Position numbers and translations under genes: made by a program. Shown piece after piece: positions 16,417 to 25,678 of a stretch of 53,200 nt of DNA (its first letter is position 1; each line of letters opens with the position of its first letter). The DNA lies in assembly GCA_900316495.1 (NCBI GenBank), contig ONDC01000020.1:1-53200 (forward strand), given 5' to 3'. This DNA comes from an uncultured Eubacteriales bacterium (GTDB lineage: Bacteria; Bacillota; Clostridia; Oscillospirales; Acutalibacteraceae). The notes below the pieces were generated by a model. It made no database searches. It was given only the letters and a program-made list of their open reading frames with translations, and was not told the origin of the DNA.

Positions 16417-17892
16417 ATGAATAAGAAGAAGCTCTTGGGGATTGGTCTTGCCGCCGTTATGTTCGCGATGGCGGGAACATTTGCCTTTGCGGAGGGGACG
16501 GAACCGATGAAGCCGGAACCGGCAGTGTTTGCCGGGAGTACGGATTCCGACGGGGAAGCCCCGCAGATCACGATTACCGTTCAGCCTGCCGATCAGGTTG
16601 TCACAAGGGGCGAATCCATCACGCTTTCCGTATCGGCGACAGGGGAGAATCTCAGCTATCAGTGGTATTATAAGAAAAAGGGGCAGACGTCCTTTTCCCT
16701 GTGGAAGGGGCGCGTCAGTCCTTCTGAAACCGTCACCCCTAACGACACATGGGACGGTATTCAGCTCTACTGTCAGATAACGGACAGCGCGGGCGGCTCA
16801 ATCAGCTCCGGCACAGTGACCGTCACCTTTGCCGAAGCGCTCATCATTACCGAGCAGCCCAGAAGCAGGAGCATTGTGAAGGGCGATTCCGTCATACTGT
16901 ATGTCCGTGCAACGGGCGACGGGCTGAAATACCAGTGGTATTTCAGGAAGGCGGGACAGGACAGCTTTTCGGTGTGGAGCAAACGCACAAGGAGCGCAGA
17001 AACGGTGACCCCCAATGACTCTTGGGATGGCATACAGCTTTACTGCGAGGTTTCGGACAAATACGGCAGAACGCTGAAATCCGACACGGCAGTCATCACC
17101 TTCCGGCAGGATGACCCCGATCAGAAGCCGTGGAAGGGCTTGAAGGTGTCCGTACTGGGCGACAGCATCAGCACCTACAAGGGCTGGTCGGAGCACAACA
17201 CCTATTACACGCCGACCAAGATTCCCTCGGTCAATTCGATGTGGTGGAATCAGGTCTGCGACATCTTAGGCGCGGAGCCGCTTGTGATTGAAGCGCGCAG
17301 TTCAAGCTGCTGCGCGGTGAGTGACGCGGCATGGACAAAGGACATTATGCCGGCAGTCGACGATACGCGGTGCAGGCAGCTTCACAAGGACGGCGAAGAA
17401 CCGGACGTCATTTTCATCGCGATGGGAGTCAACGACTTTCAGGCCAACGTCCCCTTGGGCGACTGGGACGGACACGGCGAGCTTTCGTCTGACGATATAA
17501 GGACATGGCGCGGCGCGTATGCCAATACCATACAGAAGATCCACGAGCGATACCCCGAAGCGCTGGTATTCTGTCTGTCGCCGTGGTACTTTGTACGGGG
17601 GAGTTCACAGACGGTTAACGTCAACCGGCACGGAACCTATCAGGATTACGAGGACGCGATGCAGGAGGTATGTCAGTTATTGCAATGCGTTTACATTGAC
17701 GCCAGCAATTTTGGCTTCAACAGACAGAATTACAGATCCCAGACCTTTGTCTTTGACGATCACGCTGCCGACGGTTCGCTGTTTCACCCCAATGCGGTAG
17801 GTCAGGAGATTCTGGGACGCTGTGTCGCCGACGAAGTGCGCGACAAATCGGCGGGCTATATCCGCTGGCTCCGCCAAAGCAAGGAAGGATAA
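16417..17892 (+). CDS. Secreted SGNH/GDSL hydrolase with two N-terminal Ig-like repeats
   Basis: Signal peptide (LGIGLAAVMFAMAGTFAFA). Two ~90-aa repeats (LSYQWYYKKKGQTSFSLWKG / LKYQWYFRKAGQDSFSVWSK). SGNH blocks are VSVLGDSIS (block I), GVNDF (block III) and FHPNAVGQ (block V, DxxH-like). Confidence 0.8.
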   Translation: MNKKKLLGIGLAAVMFAMAGTFAFAEGTEPMKPEPAVFAGSTDSDGEAPQITITVQPADQVVTRGESITLSVSATGENLSYQWYYKKKGQTSFSLWKGRVSPSETVTPNDTWDGIQLYCQITDSAGGSISSGTVTVTFAEALIITEQPRSRSIVKGDSVILYVRATGDGLKYQWYFRKAGQDSFSVWSKRTRSAETVTPNDSWDGIQLYCEVSDKYGRTLKSDTAVITFRQDDPDQKPWKGLKVSVLGDSISTYKGWSEHNTYYTPTKIPSVNSMWWNQVCDILGAEPLVIEARSSSCCAVSDAAWTKDIMPAVDDTRCRQLHKDGEEPDVIFIAMGVNDFQANVPLGDWDGHGELSSDDIRTWRGAYANTIQKIHERYPEALVFCLSPWYFVRGSSQTVNVNRHGTYQDYEDAMQEVCQLLQCVYIDASNFGFNRQNYRSQTFVFDDHAADGSLFHPNAVGQEILGRCVADEVRDKSAGYIRWLRQSKEG

Positions 17893-17930
17893 TTCTTTCA
17901 TTACAGGCCCTTGCATATTCCCAACGTAGT

Positions 17931-17983
17931 CCGCCCCGACCGGCAATTCCCTCTTTTTATCAAGGGAAAGCCGACCGGGGCGG
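17931..17983. terminator. Long imperfect hairpin between convergent genes (probable bidirectional terminator)
   Basis: CCGCCCCGACCGGC...GCCGACCGGGGCGG outer arms with 2 internal mismatches, plus an inner TTCCCT/AGGGAA stem. A T-rich tract follows. Confidence 0.5.
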
Positions 17984-18052
17984 GATTGTTATTATTTTGA
18001 AGTATTCAGCGCGAAGCGCCTTGCTTTTCTTCAGTTAGCCAATGCGAGAGCA

Positions 18053-20110
18053 TTATTCCGCCTTTTCCTTCTGAAGCTCCTGCAGGACGGAGAAGGGGGC
18101 TTCCTCGTAGCGGACGAATTCAAAGGTGAAGTAGCCTCTGCCGCGGGTGGTCTGGCGCATGTAGGTGGCAAAGTCGTACATCTCGCCCATGGGAACCTCC
18201 GCGATCAGCTCCTGCAGTCCCTCGTGTCCGGCGTTCATGCCCATCACTCTGCCGCGGCGCTTATTCAGCTCGCCCATGACGTCGCCCATGTTGTCGCCGG
18301 GGACGTAGGCGTGCAGCTCGCCGACAGGCTCCAGGAGGACAGGATTCGCCTTGGGAATGCCGTTCTTGAAGGCGAGGGAGGCGGCTGTCTTGAAGGACAT
18401 TTCGGAGGAATCGACCGGATGATAGGAGCCGTCGTACAGCGTCGCCTTCACGCCGACCATCGGATAGCCCGCGAGTGAGCCGGTCTTCATGCAGTCAAGC
18501 AGTCCCTTTTCGACCGCCGGGAAGAAGTTCTTGGGAACCGCGCCGCCGACGACCTCCTCGGTGAATTCCAGACCCTCCGCCTCGCTCGGCTGGAAGCGGA
18601 TCCACACATCGCCGAACTGACCGTGACCGCCGGACTGCTTCTTGTAGCGTCCCTGGATCTCCACCTTGCCGCGGATGGTTTCGCGATAGGCAATGCGCGG
18701 CTTCTCGACCTTTGCGTCGGTGCCGAACTTGTTCTTGAGCTTGGAGATGATGACGTCGATGTGCTGTTCGCCCTGACCGCTGACAATCATCTGATTGGTC
18801 TCGGTGTTGGTGCCGAAGTGCATGGAGGGGTCTTCTTCGGTCAGACGGAGCATGCCCTGCGCGATCTTTTCCTCATCGCCCTTGTTGACCGGAAGGACAG
18901 CCATCGAGAGGGAGGGAGCGGGATAGTCCACGCCCTCGAGCGTGACGGGACGGGCGGGCGCGCAGAGGGTGTCGCCCGTGACGGCGCCGGTGAGCTTGGC
19001 AACCGCGCCGATGTCACCCGCACCGACATAAGGCGTGTCGGCCTGCTTCTTGCCGCAGACGGTGAAGAGCTTGCCGATCTTGTCGGTGCTGCCGGTGCGC
19101 ATGTTGAGCAGGATGCTGTCGGGGGAAATCTTGCCGGTGACGACCTTGAAGTAGGAGAGCTTGCCGACAAACGGGTCGGCGACGGTCTTGAAAATGACGG
19201 CTGCCGGAAGGGCGCTTTCGCTGACGGTCAGCTCCACGGGAGAGCCGTTCGCGTCGGTGCCGACTTCAGGCTCGGCGTCGGCGGCGGAGGGAACCAGCCA
19301 GCTCATGCCGTTCATGAGCTGATCGACGCCCTCGCCGGTCTGGGAGGCGCCGCAGTAGACGGGGGTGATGGAGCCCTCGCGCACGCCCTTGGTCAGACCG
19401 AGAATATATTCCTCGGGGGTGAATTCCTCGCCGGAGAAGTACTTTTCCATCAGCTCGTCGTCGGTTTCGGCGATGGCTTCGCTGATGGCGGTGCGCAGAC
19501 CCTCGAGACGGTGACCCATGTCAGGCATGGGAACCTCCTCCGCCTTGGTGCCGTTGTAACGGAACGCCTTGTATTCCAGCAGGTTGATGTAGCAATCGAC
19601 CTGATGACCGTTCATGTGGGGGACAACGATCGGGCTGACAGTGGGACCGAAGGCTGTCTTGAGCTGTTCAAAGACCTTGTAGAAATCGGCGCTCTCGGAA
19701 TTGAGCTTGTTGACGAAGATGACCTTTGCCATGCCCGCCTTGGTGGCTCTGGCGTATGCCTTTTCGGAGCCGACGGCGACGCCGGATTTGCCGGAGACGT
19801 TGATGAGGGCGCACTCGGCGGCGCGGAAGCCTTCGGCGACAGCTCCTTCAAAGTCGAAGAGGCCGGGAACGTCGATCATGTTGAATTTGACGTTCTTCCA
19901 TTCGACGGGGGCGACGGCGACGGAGACGGAACACTTGCGCTTGATTTCCTCGGGGTCAAAGTCGCAGACGGCGGTGCCGTCGGCTGTTTTGCCCATTCTG
20001 TCGGTGGCGCCGGATATATAAAGCATTGCCTCCACCAGCGAAGTCTTACCTGAGTTGCCGTGGCCTGTGACGACAATGTTTTTGATCTTGTCTGCGGGAT
20101 ACTGTTTCAA
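18053..20110 (-). CDS. Elongation factor G-family GTPase (EF-G2-like paralog)
   Basis: 685 aa with a TTG start. G1 motif VVTGHGNSGKTSL, G3 motif DVPGLFDF, and full domains II-V (GEQHIDV, GAVPKNFFPAVEKG, PVLLEPV). It differs from the housekeeping AHIDAGKT type. Confidence 0.85.
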   Translation of the reverse strand: MKQYPADKIKNIVVTGHGNSGKTSLVEAMLYISGATDRMGKTADGTAVCDFDPEEIKRKCSVSVAVAPVEWKNVKFNMIDVPGLFDFEGAVAEGFRAAECALINVSGKSGVAVGSEKAYARATKAGMAKVIFVNKLNSESADFYKVFEQLKTAFGPTVSPIVVPHMNGHQVDCYINLLEYKAFRYNGTKAEEVPMPDMGHRLEGLRTAISEAIAETDDELMEKYFSGEEFTPEEYILGLTKGVREGSITPVYCGASQTGEGVDQLMNGMSWLVPSAADAEPEVGTDANGSPVELTVSESALPAAVIFKTVADPFVGKLSYFKVVTGKISPDSILLNMRTGSTDKIGKLFTVCGKKQADTPYVGAGDIGAVAKLTGAVTGDTLCAPARPVTLEGVDYPAPSLSMAVLPVNKGDEEKIAQGMLRLTEEDPSMHFGTNTETNQMIVSGQGEQHIDVIISKLKNKFGTDAKVEKPRIAYRETIRGKVEIQGRYKKQSGGHGQFGDVWIRFQPSEAEGLEFTEEVVGGAVPKNFFPAVEKGLLDCMKTGSLAGYPMVGVKATLYDGSYHPVDSSEMSFKTAASLAFKNGIPKANPVLLEPVGELHAYVPGDNMGDVMGELNKRRGRVMGMNAGHEGLQELIAEVPMGEMYDFATYMRQTTRGRGYFTFEFVRYEEAPFSVLQELQKEKAE

Positions 20111-20218
20111 TTTGAACTACCTCTTTCTGCAAACGGTGTATAATTTGTATAGCCGAAAAAACGCGGTTAATTATTGTGAATATCATCTTCATACAATCTC
20201 ATACGTCGCTTGTTGAAC

Positions 20219-20247
20219 ATTATAGCATACTGTTTTGGGAATTTCAA
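20219..20247 (-). promoter_or_regulatory. Sigma-70-type promoter of the EF-G paralog
   Basis: Minus strand reads TTGAAA (20247-20242), 17 nt, TATAAT (20224-20219). Confidence 0.65.
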
Positions 20248-20307
20248 TAATTTTTTTTCTGACATTTATATTATTTTATATATTTTCGTTTTTATGTTTC
20301 ATTTTAT

Positions 20308-20808
20308 TCATATTTTACAGTCGAAGGACAATTCTTCGCCCTCGTTGACGCCTGTGGAGAAGTCCACATGTACCGATTGCGTACCCTCCGGCAGGTCAAA
20401 GGCAAGCCATCCGGCGGTTTCACTGCCCGAAAAGAGGATGCCGTCGAACAGCGTGAAGCCTTTTATGTGCTCCTTGCCGTACATCACCGCGTCGTGGGAG
20501 TGGAGAAGCCGCTCTCCCGACGGCAGCGCGTAGGCCGTGACGCAGATCCGCGTGCTGAAAATGATTCCCTTGCCGCTGACGTTGCGGAAGGTCAGCGGGA
20601 GAAAAGCATATTCCCGTCCCTTGTCCGGCGCGGGCTTTCTGATCGCCGCGCCCTGCACCATTTTGTACTGCGTGTCGCTGTAGACGATTTTTTCGCCCTC
20701 GTCGGGGACGGTTTTGCTTTTCCGGCTGCCGCAGCCCGCCGGAAGGTGCAGCACCAGAATGCCGAGAATGATCAGCGCGATTCCTCTGAAAATGACGCCC
20801 TTTTTCAT
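20308..20808 (-). CDS. Lipoprotein (DUF4352-like beta-sandwich, tentative)
   Basis: Start at MKKGVIFRGIALIILGILVLHLPAGCGS (lipobox), with GGAGG 10 nt upstream. FLPLTFRNVSGKGIIF and WLAFDLPEG are beta-rich. The upstream extension to 20925 lacks support. Confidence 0.65.
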   Translation of the reverse strand: MKKGVIFRGIALIILGILVLHLPAGCGSRKSKTVPDEGEKIVYSDTQYKMVQGAAIRKPAPDKGREYAFLPLTFRNVSGKGIIFSTRICVTAYALPSGERLLHSHDAVMYGKEHIKGFTLFDGILFSGSETAGWLAFDLPEGTQSVHVDFSTGVNEGEELSFDCKI

Positions 20809-20929
20809 ACCTGTCATGCCTCCGGATTGAGTGATGATCGGTCGGAAGGGGAACGGCTCCCCCATGACAACCAATGTATTATATGAGAGGTTTCTCCCCG
20901 GCATGACTGATTGAGTCGATTGCAACTGT

Positions 20930-20969
20930 AAAAAAGCGGCTGCCGCTTCCTCTGAAGAACGGCAGCCGC
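20930..20969 (-). terminator. Rho-independent terminator of the TagF-like gene
   Basis: GCGGCTGCCG (20936-20945) / CGGCAGCCGC (20960-20969), a 10-bp stem, followed on the minus strand by TTTTTT (plus-strand A-run 20930-20935). Confidence 0.75.
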
Positions 20970-20979
20970 GTGGCTTGGA

Positions 20980-23412
20980 TTATCCGATCAGGTCGTAAAA
21001 CTCCTGTATTGCTTTTTGATTGAAAGCCTCCGCGTCGAAGGGCTTCAGGGATTGCAGCCGCCCGTCGTAATACGCGTTCAGTCCGTCCAGCACGCCCTCC
21101 GTGGAATCCTCCACAAGCAGCCCGCAGCCGGTTTCCCGCAGGAATTCGGCGGGACCGGGAATGTCGGTGGAGATGACCGGCTTGCCTAAGATCAGCGCCT
21201 CCATGATCGTCATAGGCAGCCCCTCGTATCTCGACGACAGAATGAACGCGTCGCAGCCGTTCAGCAGCGGGTAGGGATTGCTGATGGATTTGATCAGGAC
21301 GATGTTTTCGCACCCGCTGTTTTCCACCTGGGAGCGAAGGTCATCAAACGACGGACCGTAGCCGCCGATGAGGAAGAGATACGCTTCGGCATGCTCCCGC
21401 TGGAAGACCGTGAACGCGTCCACCAGCCGGTCAAGCCCCTTTTCGGGGGAGAAGCGGGCGATGTCGATGAATCTCACCGCGTCGGGCATTGTCAGCATTT
21501 CCTTCACACGCGCCGGGCTGACGTTGCAGAAGGTGTCGCTGTCAAAGGAAAGCTCCTCTCCGGCACGGCTGCGGATCCATCCGATATTATTGAGATTGTG
21601 CGCCGTGTAAATGCGGTCATCCGGCGCGGAGGGAATGTAGCTCTTGATCTCCGGCCGCATGGACTCACGCACCACCACGATCTTGTCGAATTCGTTGTAA
21701 GCCGTCATCATGGAGGGATAATGCACGAAGCCCTTGGAACTGCTCTCCCTGAGTATGTCGTTGTGGACATAGATGATCTTGCGGGCGTCCATGGCGTTGA
21801 TGACGTGGATGAAGTATTTCTCGTAGCCCGTGAAGTGAATGGCCGCGTGAAAGTCAATGCCATAAAAGCAGCGCAGCGCGTCCCGCTCCGAGATCCGCCG
21901 GACGGCGTTCCGGACAAAGCCGGCATGGAAATTGAAGTGGAAATAGAGATATTGGCACACCGCCTCGTAATATGTGATCGGCTTGCCGTCCGGCATCGGG
22001 AGATAGCTGACGTCACGCCCGAAGCGGTTGACGGTTTCCTTGTTTTCGGCGACCTTCCGCTGGTAGAAGGTAAGCAGGTAATTGTATGCCGAGGTATCGG
22101 TGTTTTCCAGAATGCCCATCATAGCGGTGGTGATGCCGTTCTTGATGAGCGTGCCGGCGTAGAACAGAATAGTCGGTCTTCCGTTGTGATACGCGGAGCC
22201 GTCGATGATTTCCATTTTTGGGGAGACCTTGTCGAAGAACAGCAGGTCGACGAGCTTTTGGGAGGAATCGGGGCTGTCGAATCCGGTGAATTTTTTCATT
22301 TCATCCGCGTAGGGCTTGTATGGCTTTGCGCTCACTTCGTTCGAGAGAGCCTCCGGCGATGTGACGATAGGGAAGGGGAGGGATTCGATCGGGAAATACA
22401 TGCTCCGTGTGTTTTGGTACTGCTCGCTGTCGTAGGCGTAAAGGACGATCTTCCGCCCGGTGTCGGCAAAGTCGAACATCACGCTGGAATAGTCGGTGAT
22501 CAGACAGTCGGCGGCGGCCAGAACTTCATAGGTCTCGTACTCGGACGGGAATGGAATTACCCGTCTGTAGCAGGAGAAATCAATGCTGCCGGCGGCAAGG
22601 TGGTGGAGCTTGGCGATGACCGTGAGGTCGGGGTCGGACGATTCATCCAGCGCTTTCAGCGCGTCGGAGAGTATTTTGTCGTGGTAATTCTTTTCGTTAT
22701 CGTCAGTGCAATCGCGGTAAGTAGGCATATATACGGCGATACGTTTTCCGTCAAGCCCTAACTTCTTACGAACCGATTGTGCTGCATCTGCGTTAAATAA
22801 AATATCGTTGCGCGGGTAGCCGGACAGCACGTATTTCCCTTTGAAATAAGGGGCGATCATGTAATCCTCCCGCATTCTGTCGAAGGTGAAGCGGTTGGGA
22901 TAGAGCAGGTAGTCCGACATGAGGAAAATGCGCTGCACGTTGCCAATGGTGTGGGGGTTGTCCTTGATGGAACGTCCAAGTCCCTTGAGCGGCGTGCCGT
23001 GCCATGTGTTGAGCAGTATCTGCCCCGGCTTCTTGATGAAGAAAATCGGAAGCGAAACGTCCGTGATGAGATATTTTGCCGAGGCGAGCAGCTTTAAATA
23101 GAGCTTGTCGTACTTCGCGACCGCGACGGCTCGGCTCATGCCTTGCCGTTTCAGAGTATCACAGACGGAACTGAAATACCGTGGATTTGACGCGACGTAG
23201 ATTTTGTAATCCGCAAGCCGCTTGTCCTCGCATATCGCCTTCAGCAGCCAGTAGGGATTGCCGGTGATCCCGTCTCCGTTGAAGCATTCGATAAGAACCG
23301 TGTCTTCCGACACCGGCAGCTTTTTGTAATAAGCCGTGTAGCGGTATTTTGCCAGCTTCGGCAGCCGGCGGTATTTTTGTATGACATTTTTTATGGGGTT
23401 CACCAATAACAC
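20980..23412 (-). CDS. Fusion protein: CDP-glycerol glycerophosphotransferase (TagB/TagF family) plus GT4-type glycosyltransferase
   Basis: N-terminal half has LLNTWHGTPLKGLGR and VYMPTYRD (TagF family). C-terminal half has FLIGGYGP...SSRYEGLPMTIMEALILGKPVISTDIPGPAEFL (GT4 EX7E region). The true start may be the TTG/GTG at 23406/23403. Confidence 0.8.
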   Translation of the reverse strand: MLLVNPIKNVIQKYRRLPKLAKYRYTAYYKKLPVSEDTVLIECFNGDGITGNPYWLLKAICEDKRLADYKIYVASNPRYFSSVCDTLKRQGMSRAVAVAKYDKLYLKLLASAKYLITDVSLPIFFIKKPGQILLNTWHGTPLKGLGRSIKDNPHTIGNVQRIFLMSDYLLYPNRFTFDRMREDYMIAPYFKGKYVLSGYPRNDILFNADAAQSVRKKLGLDGKRIAVYMPTYRDCTDDNEKNYHDKILSDALKALDESSDPDLTVIAKLHHLAAGSIDFSCYRRVIPFPSEYETYEVLAAADCLITDYSSVMFDFADTGRKIVLYAYDSEQYQNTRSMYFPIESLPFPIVTSPEALSNEVSAKPYKPYADEMKKFTGFDSPDSSQKLVDLLFFDKVSPKMEIIDGSAYHNGRPTILFYAGTLIKNGITTAMMGILENTDTSAYNYLLTFYQRKVAENKETVNRFGRDVSYLPMPDGKPITYYEAVCQYLYFHFNFHAGFVRNAVRRISERDALRCFYGIDFHAAIHFTGYEKYFIHVINAMDARKIIYVHNDILRESSSKGFVHYPSMMTAYNEFDKIVVVRESMRPEIKSYIPSAPDDRIYTAHNLNNIGWIRSRAGEELSFDSDTFCNVSPARVKEMLTMPDAVRFIDIARFSPEKGLDRLVDAFTVFQREHAEAYLFLIGGYGPSFDDLRSQVENSGCENIVLIKSISNPYPLLNGCDAFILSSRYEGLPMTIMEALILGKPVISTDIPGPAEFLRETGCGLLVEDSTEGVLDGLNAYYDGRLQSLKPFDAEAFNQKAIQEFYDLIG

Positions 23413-23482
23413 TCCCTGATCACTTATGATTACAATGATGAATCGGAGCAGGAAGTTGAATCTTCAACCTCCTACCTAAAAT

Positions 23483-23824
23483 TCAGTCCCACGTTTTCCA
23501 GACGTCGGGACAGTAGCCGACAGTGGCCTTTTTGCCGTTGCGGACGATGGGGGTGCGGAACATGGCGGGATGCTCCAGCAGCTTTTCCTCCACGGCGGAT
23601 TCATCCGCGAGGTAGGCGCAGTAATTCTGTTCATACGCTTTGGATTTCTCGTCTATGAGATTCTTCATGCCGCCGACCGCGCTTTTGACGCTGTTGTATT
23701 CGCCGCGGCTCATGCCGAAGCGGACAATATCGATAAACTGGTACCTGATGCCGCGTTCCTTGAAATATCGCTCGGCTTTCTTGGTGTCAAAGCATTTTGC
23801 CTTGCCGAATATCTGTATGTTCAT
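23483..23824 (-). CDS. ArsC/Spx/YffB-family thioredoxin-fold protein
   Basis: MNIQIFGKAKCFDTKKAERYFKERGIRYQFID...LLEHPAMFRTPIVRNGKKATVGY matches the ArsC-family pattern. ATG at 23824. Confidence 0.75.
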   Translation of the reverse strand: MNIQIFGKAKCFDTKKAERYFKERGIRYQFIDIVRFGMSRGEYNSVKSAVGGMKNLIDEKSKAYEQNYCAYLADESAVEEKLLEHPAMFRTPIVRNGKKATVGYCPDVWKTWD

Positions 23825-23858
23825 ATGGGTCAGGCTCCTTTGGTTGGTTTTTCTTATT

Positions 23859-24503
23859 TCAAACGGAATGACTGAGAGCGTTTTCACGCTGCGCTTTTGA
23901 AAAAACGCAGCCGCAGTAGTTCTGTCGGTAAAGCCCGTACTGAGCTGAAAGCTCGATCGAGCGGCGGTAGCCGTCCTTCTTCTTGAAGTCGGAGAGCAGG
24001 TATTTCACGCCGTATTGTGCGGATAGCTCGGAACCAATGGCGTTGAGCTTCTGCGCGTTCTTGTAGGGACTGACGCTGAGAGTGGTCGTGAAATATTCAT
24101 AGCCGTCCGCAGCCGCTTGCTTCGCTGTTTCCTCCAGCCGCAGACGGTAGCATCTGTAACAGCGCTGACCGCCCTCGGGCAGCGCCTCCAGCCCTTGCGC
24201 CATGCGGAAGAATTCCCCGCTGTCGTAACGCCCTTCGACAATGCGGACGGGGTTCGGGTATGCCGCTTCGGCGATCAGTCTGTGAAGCTCCGCGACGCGC
24301 TTGCGGTATTCCTCCTCAGGGGTAATGTTCGGGTTGAAGTAAAAAAGCGTGATGTCGAAGTGCGGGGAGAGGTATTCCAGCACCGCGCTGCTGCACGGCG
24401 CGCAACAGCTATGCAGCAGCAGCCGGGGCAGCCGCCCCGCGTTGCGCTGTATCTCTTTTTCGCATTCGAGATAGTAATTGATTTTCTGTGGATTCTGATT
24501 CAA
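23859..24503 (-). CDS. queH: Epoxyqueuosine reductase QueH (DUF208)
   Basis: LLLHSCCAPCSSAVLEYL...LFYFNPNITPEEEYRKR...CYRCYRLRLE...YCGCVFS are the cysteine motifs characteristic of QueH. Confidence 0.85.
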   Translation of the reverse strand: MNQNPQKINYYLECEKEIQRNAGRLPRLLLHSCCAPCSSAVLEYLSPHFDITLFYFNPNITPEEEYRKRVAELHRLIAEAAYPNPVRIVEGRYDSGEFFRMAQGLEALPEGGQRCYRCYRLRLEETAKQAAADGYEYFTTTLSVSPYKNAQKLNAIGSELSAQYGVKYLLSDFKKKDGYRRSIELSAQYGLYRQNYCGCVFSKAQRENALSHSV

Positions 24504-24668
24504 TCGGCATGCCGCCTTTGTATGTTGTTGAATCCATTATAGCAAAAGGCGCGGGCATTATGCAAGTACATTCATGAAAAAAGCAGAAGAAAGTGATGAC
24601 TTTACGCGGAAATCCCCTGCCTTCAGGGGAAGATGACGAAATTACAGGTAAAATGTACAAAGATATTA

Positions 24669-24697
24669 TTGACAATTACGATCGATAAATATATAAT
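24669..24697 (+). promoter_or_regulatory. Consensus sigma-70-type promoter
   Basis: TTGACA (24669-24674), 17 nt, TATAAT (24692-24697). Confidence 0.65.
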
Positions 24698-24778
24698 ATA
24701 ATCAACAACGGAGGGCGCTGCCCTCTGTCAGACTAACCGCCTTTGCGCGGAAAAACATTATTATCGGAGGTATTTTTT

Positions 24779-25402
24779 ATGCAAACCAAAACTCTTAAAG
24801 CCATCCAGATTCTTGCAAAAATCGGCAAGATACTCAGCATTATCGCTTATGTAGCCAGCATGATCGGCGCGATTACCTGCGCGGTCTGCGCCGGACTCTT
24901 TGCGATTTACGGCAAGGACGCTATTTCCACGGCAAAGGACAACATGAATCAGATCGAGGACGAGCAGGCGCGTCAGATCCTTGAGAAGTTAGACGTCCCG
25001 ATGCTGATTACCATGATGGGGATTGCGGCGGTATTATGCGCTGCGGGCTGTGTGGTTGCTCATTTCGCCAAGAAGTACTTCAAGCATGAGTTAGAGGACG
25101 GCACTCCCTTCACCATGCGCGGCGCGAAGGAGCTTATGCGTCTGGGCATTATTCACATCTGCGTCAATATCGGCGTTTCCATCGTTGCCGGCGCTGTCTG
25201 GGCCATTGTCCAGCAGTCCATCGAGGGTCTGGAGGATAGCAATTTCGAGGGCGTCTCCATCGGACTGGGCATCGTGTTCATTATCGTGTCGCTTATCTGC
25301 CGCTACGGCGCCGAGCTGACCGAGGGAAAAACTGAAGCCGCTCCCGCCGCCGAAGCCGCTCCCGCTGTTGAGGAAGCGCCGGCGGAGACTACAGAGGCGT
25401 AA
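24779..25402 (+). CDS. Hypothetical multi-pass membrane protein with an Ala/Pro/Glu-rich tail
   Basis: ATG at 24779 preceded by GGAGG. Four hydrophobic segments. C-terminus AAPAAEAAPAVEEAPAETTEA. Confidence 0.6.
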   Translation: MQTKTLKAIQILAKIGKILSIIAYVASMIGAITCAVCAGLFAIYGKDAISTAKDNMNQIEDEQARQILEKLDVPMLITMMGIAAVLCAAGCVVAHFAKKYFKHELEDGTPFTMRGAKELMRLGIIHICVNIGVSIVAGAVWAIVQQSIEGLEDSNFEGVSIGLGIVFIIVSLICRYGAELTEGKTEAAPAAEAAPAVEEAPAETTEA

Positions 25403-25595
25403 TTTCCCTGAAGACCTTGTTTTCCCAATAATCCCAACAATAAAAAATCGCTGTCCCTTTCAATGCGTCTGAGAGGGGCGGCGGTTTTGTCTTCTATCCG
25501 TTTTCAGTCGGAATATAACGCAGGCAGACTTCCTCCAGCGTATCGAAATGACTAAAAAATTATCAAAAAATTCACTTCTCTTCAAGCCAACGGAT

Positions 25596-25624
25596 TTGCA
25601 TTTTCCGGAAAAATATGATACAAT
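25596..25624 (+). promoter_or_regulatory. Candidate promoter of mutS
   Basis: TTGCAT (25596-25601), 17 nt, TACAAT (25619-25624). Confidence 0.55.
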
Positions 25625-25678
25625 AAAATTTACTGAAATTTTATTGTAATCCTTGGAACAGGCGGGTGTGTGTAAGAT

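Noticed and set aside
13747-17892. Intact prophage or integrative element
   Set aside because: Only regulatory-type genes are present. There is no integrase or recombinase, no terminase, portal, capsid, tail or lysis genes, and no flanking direct repeats that I could find. I treat it as an orphan switch or remnant instead.
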